Shown here: in pieces, positions 62,389 to 64,000 of the stretch
How positions within the stretch are numbered: the first letter of the stretch is position 1
How the letters are laid out: the number at the start of each line of letters is the position of its first letter
NCBI GenBank assembly: GCA_030835135.1
Contig: JAUQWO010000076.1
Span: 77,102-141,101 of the forward strand
Reading direction: 5' to 3'
DNA: 64,000 bases
Source: Bacteroidota bacterium
Lineage (GTDB): Bacteria; Bacteroidota; Ignavibacteria; UBA10030; UBA6906
Made by a program: the position numbers and the translations under genes
The notes under the pieces: generated by a model
What the model saw: the letters and a program-made list of their open reading frames with translations, nothing else
Databases searched by the model: none
Told to the model about the DNA's origin: nothing

Positions 62389-64000
62389 ATGTGCCGTTTT
62401 CCAGCGCTCCATGTGCTCCTCACCATTTCATTACTGATGCTCTTCGCTGATGCCGGGGCACAAGTGCTTCCGTTGTCGAATCCCGGGTTCGAGCAAGGCA
62501 AGGATCGTGTGCCCTCGGGATGGTCCGGCGCGATGACCGGATCACGTACCGCGCCGGCATGGGATACCACCGTGGCACACGCAGGCCGGGGCAGCATCGC
62601 CATCGTCCACACGGAAGCAGGGAGCAGCACCGCTGTCTCCGGTCCGGTCGGCCTGACCGTGGGACATCTCTACCGGTTGTCGGTGTGGATTCGGACCTCC
62701 GGGGTGGAGGCTGATCCGATGTCCCGCTATCCGACCGCCCTCGCGGCGACCGCGACAATGGAGTCGTTCCCCTTCACCATGCATGCACCTTCGGTCGCCG
62801 GAACGCGTGAGTGGGATCGGGTGGAGATCCTGTTCTTTGCCACCCGTGCGACCGACAGGGTCATGCTGCGTCTCGGTCACAACGGAACGGCAACCGGGAC
62901 GGCATGGTTCGACGATGTCCGGGTCGAGGAGGTCAACGATATCGGCGCGTACATCCCTCCGGAGACCGTGCAGTGGTTCGGACCGGCGTTCCGGTACACG
63001 GACAAAGGGTGGATCAATGTGCACATCGAGGGGAAACCGTACGAGCGTGGCTATCAGTACGGCTCGTTGCTTGCACCGGAGATCGTGGCCTACATGGACA
63101 AACTTGCCGTGCGGCAGAACGGTGACAATCCGCGTGGAGGATGGAACGAACTGCGCACCCTGACCGATGCGCTCATGTTGCGTCAGTACGACCAGGAGTA
63201 TCTCGAGGAGATGCAGGGGATCGCGGACGGTGCGGCTGCTGCCAGCGCGAAGATCCATGGCCGGACCCTGAATCTTCTGGATATCGTGACCATCAATTCC
63301 GCGGTGGACCTCAGTCAGCTCGGGAGTGCGCTGACCGAGACCGCCCATCCACTCTCCGGCCGGAGCTTCCGGAAGGATGAGGAGGAAGCCCGCGCCGCGG
63401 AGCGTCTGCACAAATGCTCTTCCTTCCTTGCGAATGGGAACGCATCGCGCGATGGCAGGATCGTGTTCGGGCAGTTGTTCATGTGGAGCGGGTACACGGG
63501 CATCCATTGGGATGTCATTTGCGATGTGCAGCCGGCCCGGGGACACCGCCTGGTGTATCAGACGTTCCCCGGCGGGATCCATTCCGGTTCGGACTTCTAC
63601 ATCAACGATGCCGGTATCATGATCGGCGAGACCACGGTGATGCAGACGCCGTTCAACATCAAGGGCGAACCGCAATCTTCCCGGATCCGCAAAGCGGCCC
63701 AGTATGCGTCGAGCATCGATGATGTGGCGCGGATCCTGACCACGGGGAACAATGGCCTGTATACGAACGACTGGCTCATCGGCGACACGAAGACCGATGA
63801 GACCGCGATCCTGCTGCTCGGCACGGCGACCCATAAGCTCTGGAGGAGTTCGAAGAAGGATTTCCCCGGCGCAACCGATGGCTTCTACTGGAGCGTGAAC
63901 AACGCCAAGGATCCCGTGGTGCGGCGAGAATATATCCCCGACCCGTCCAATGCGCCGTTCGATGTGGTGTACGGCAACAGCAACCGTGACCTCGCCTTCT
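62389..64000 (+). CDS. secreted protein, 3' partial: CBM-like N-terminal domain plus Ntn-hydrolase (C45-like) domain?
   Basis: Not in the ORF track (no stop inside the window), but an ORF of more than 1.6 kb with window-typical GC3 codon bias. Signal peptide AGA|Q. An internal 'CSSF' follows a Gly-rich region, consistent with an autoproteolytic Ntn Cys. Confidence 0.4.
   Translation, partial: MCRFPALHVLLTISLLMLFADAGAQVLPLSNPGFEQGKDRVPSGWSGAMTGSRTAPAWDTTVAHAGRGSIAIVHTEAGSSTAVSGPVGLTVGHLYRLSVWIRTSGVEADPMSRYPTALAATATMESFPFTMHAPSVAGTREWDRVEILFFATRATDRVMLRLGHNGTATGTAWFDDVRVEEVNDIGAYIPPETVQWFGPAFRYTDKGWINVHIEGKPYERGYQYGSLLAPEIVAYMDKLAVRQNGDNPRGGWNELRTLTDALMLRQYDQEYLEEMQGIADGAAAASAKIHGRTLNLLDIVTINSAVDLSQLGSALTETAHPLSGRSFRKDEEEARAAERLHKCSSFLANGNASRDGRIVFGQLFMWSGYTGIHWDVICDVQPARGHRLVYQTFPGGIHSGSDFYINDAGIMIGETTVMQTPFNIKGEPQSSRIRKAAQYASSIDDVARILTTGNNGLYTNDWLIGDTKTDETAILLLGTATHKLWRSSKKDFPGATDGFYWSVNNAKDPVVRREYIPDPSNAPFDVVYGNSNRDLAF

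Noticed and set aside
62542-63834. 430-aa minus-strand ORF
   Set aside because: It is antisense to the better-supported partial plus-strand gene and has an Arg/Gly-rich low-complexity product.

Overview
This 64 kb window is high-GC (about 65%) chromosomal DNA, densely coding on both strands. It most likely comes from a member of the Fibrobacteres-Chlorobi-Bacteroidetes group. Two things point that way. Three proteins end in a type IX secretion (T9SS) C-terminal sorting domain. Eight exported proteins have signal peptides predicted to be cleaved just before a glutamine (the Bacteroidota 'Gln rule'), and an M28 glutaminyl-cyclase-like gene is present.

Most of the window is housekeeping: queG, trxB, sppA, HU, secA, glnB (PII), era, uvrC, tRNA-Val, pyrR-pyrB-pyrC with a recognisable PyrR attenuator leader, pgeF, glmS, pdxB, prmA, ppx, a cysteine desulfurase and dacB. 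Accessory content is as follows:
- Three tandem Hsp20 genes sit behind palindromic candidate operators.
- A stress-like block runs mS38-like micro-ORF, YtxH, DUF948, EF-G2 paralog, HIT.
- An extracytoplasmic-function (ECF) sigma / anti-sigma / Spy-CpxP-like module is followed by a 470-bp AT-rich non-coding island, then a T9SS-sorted octaheme c-type cytochrome and a T9SS-sorted HExxH metalloprotease. This pairing is the most novel-looking element.
- A T9SS-sorted M1 aminopeptidase and a 1297-aa orphan multi-pass sensor histidine kinase are present.
- A roughly 10.6 kb sugar locus (51.7 to 62.3 kb) combines a GH172/DUF2961 hydrolase, sugar ABC transporter parts, an L-fucose-isomerase-like enzyme, a GHMP kinase, a D-lyxose-isomerase cupin and an out-of-place URO-D-family protein. 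A 4x15-bp tandem repeat lies in its internal promoter region.

No CRISPR arrays, rRNA, integrases or transposases were seen. All start coordinates refined by hand are approximate (about +/-3 nt, or alternative starts). Product calls rest on motif-level recognition, not database searches.
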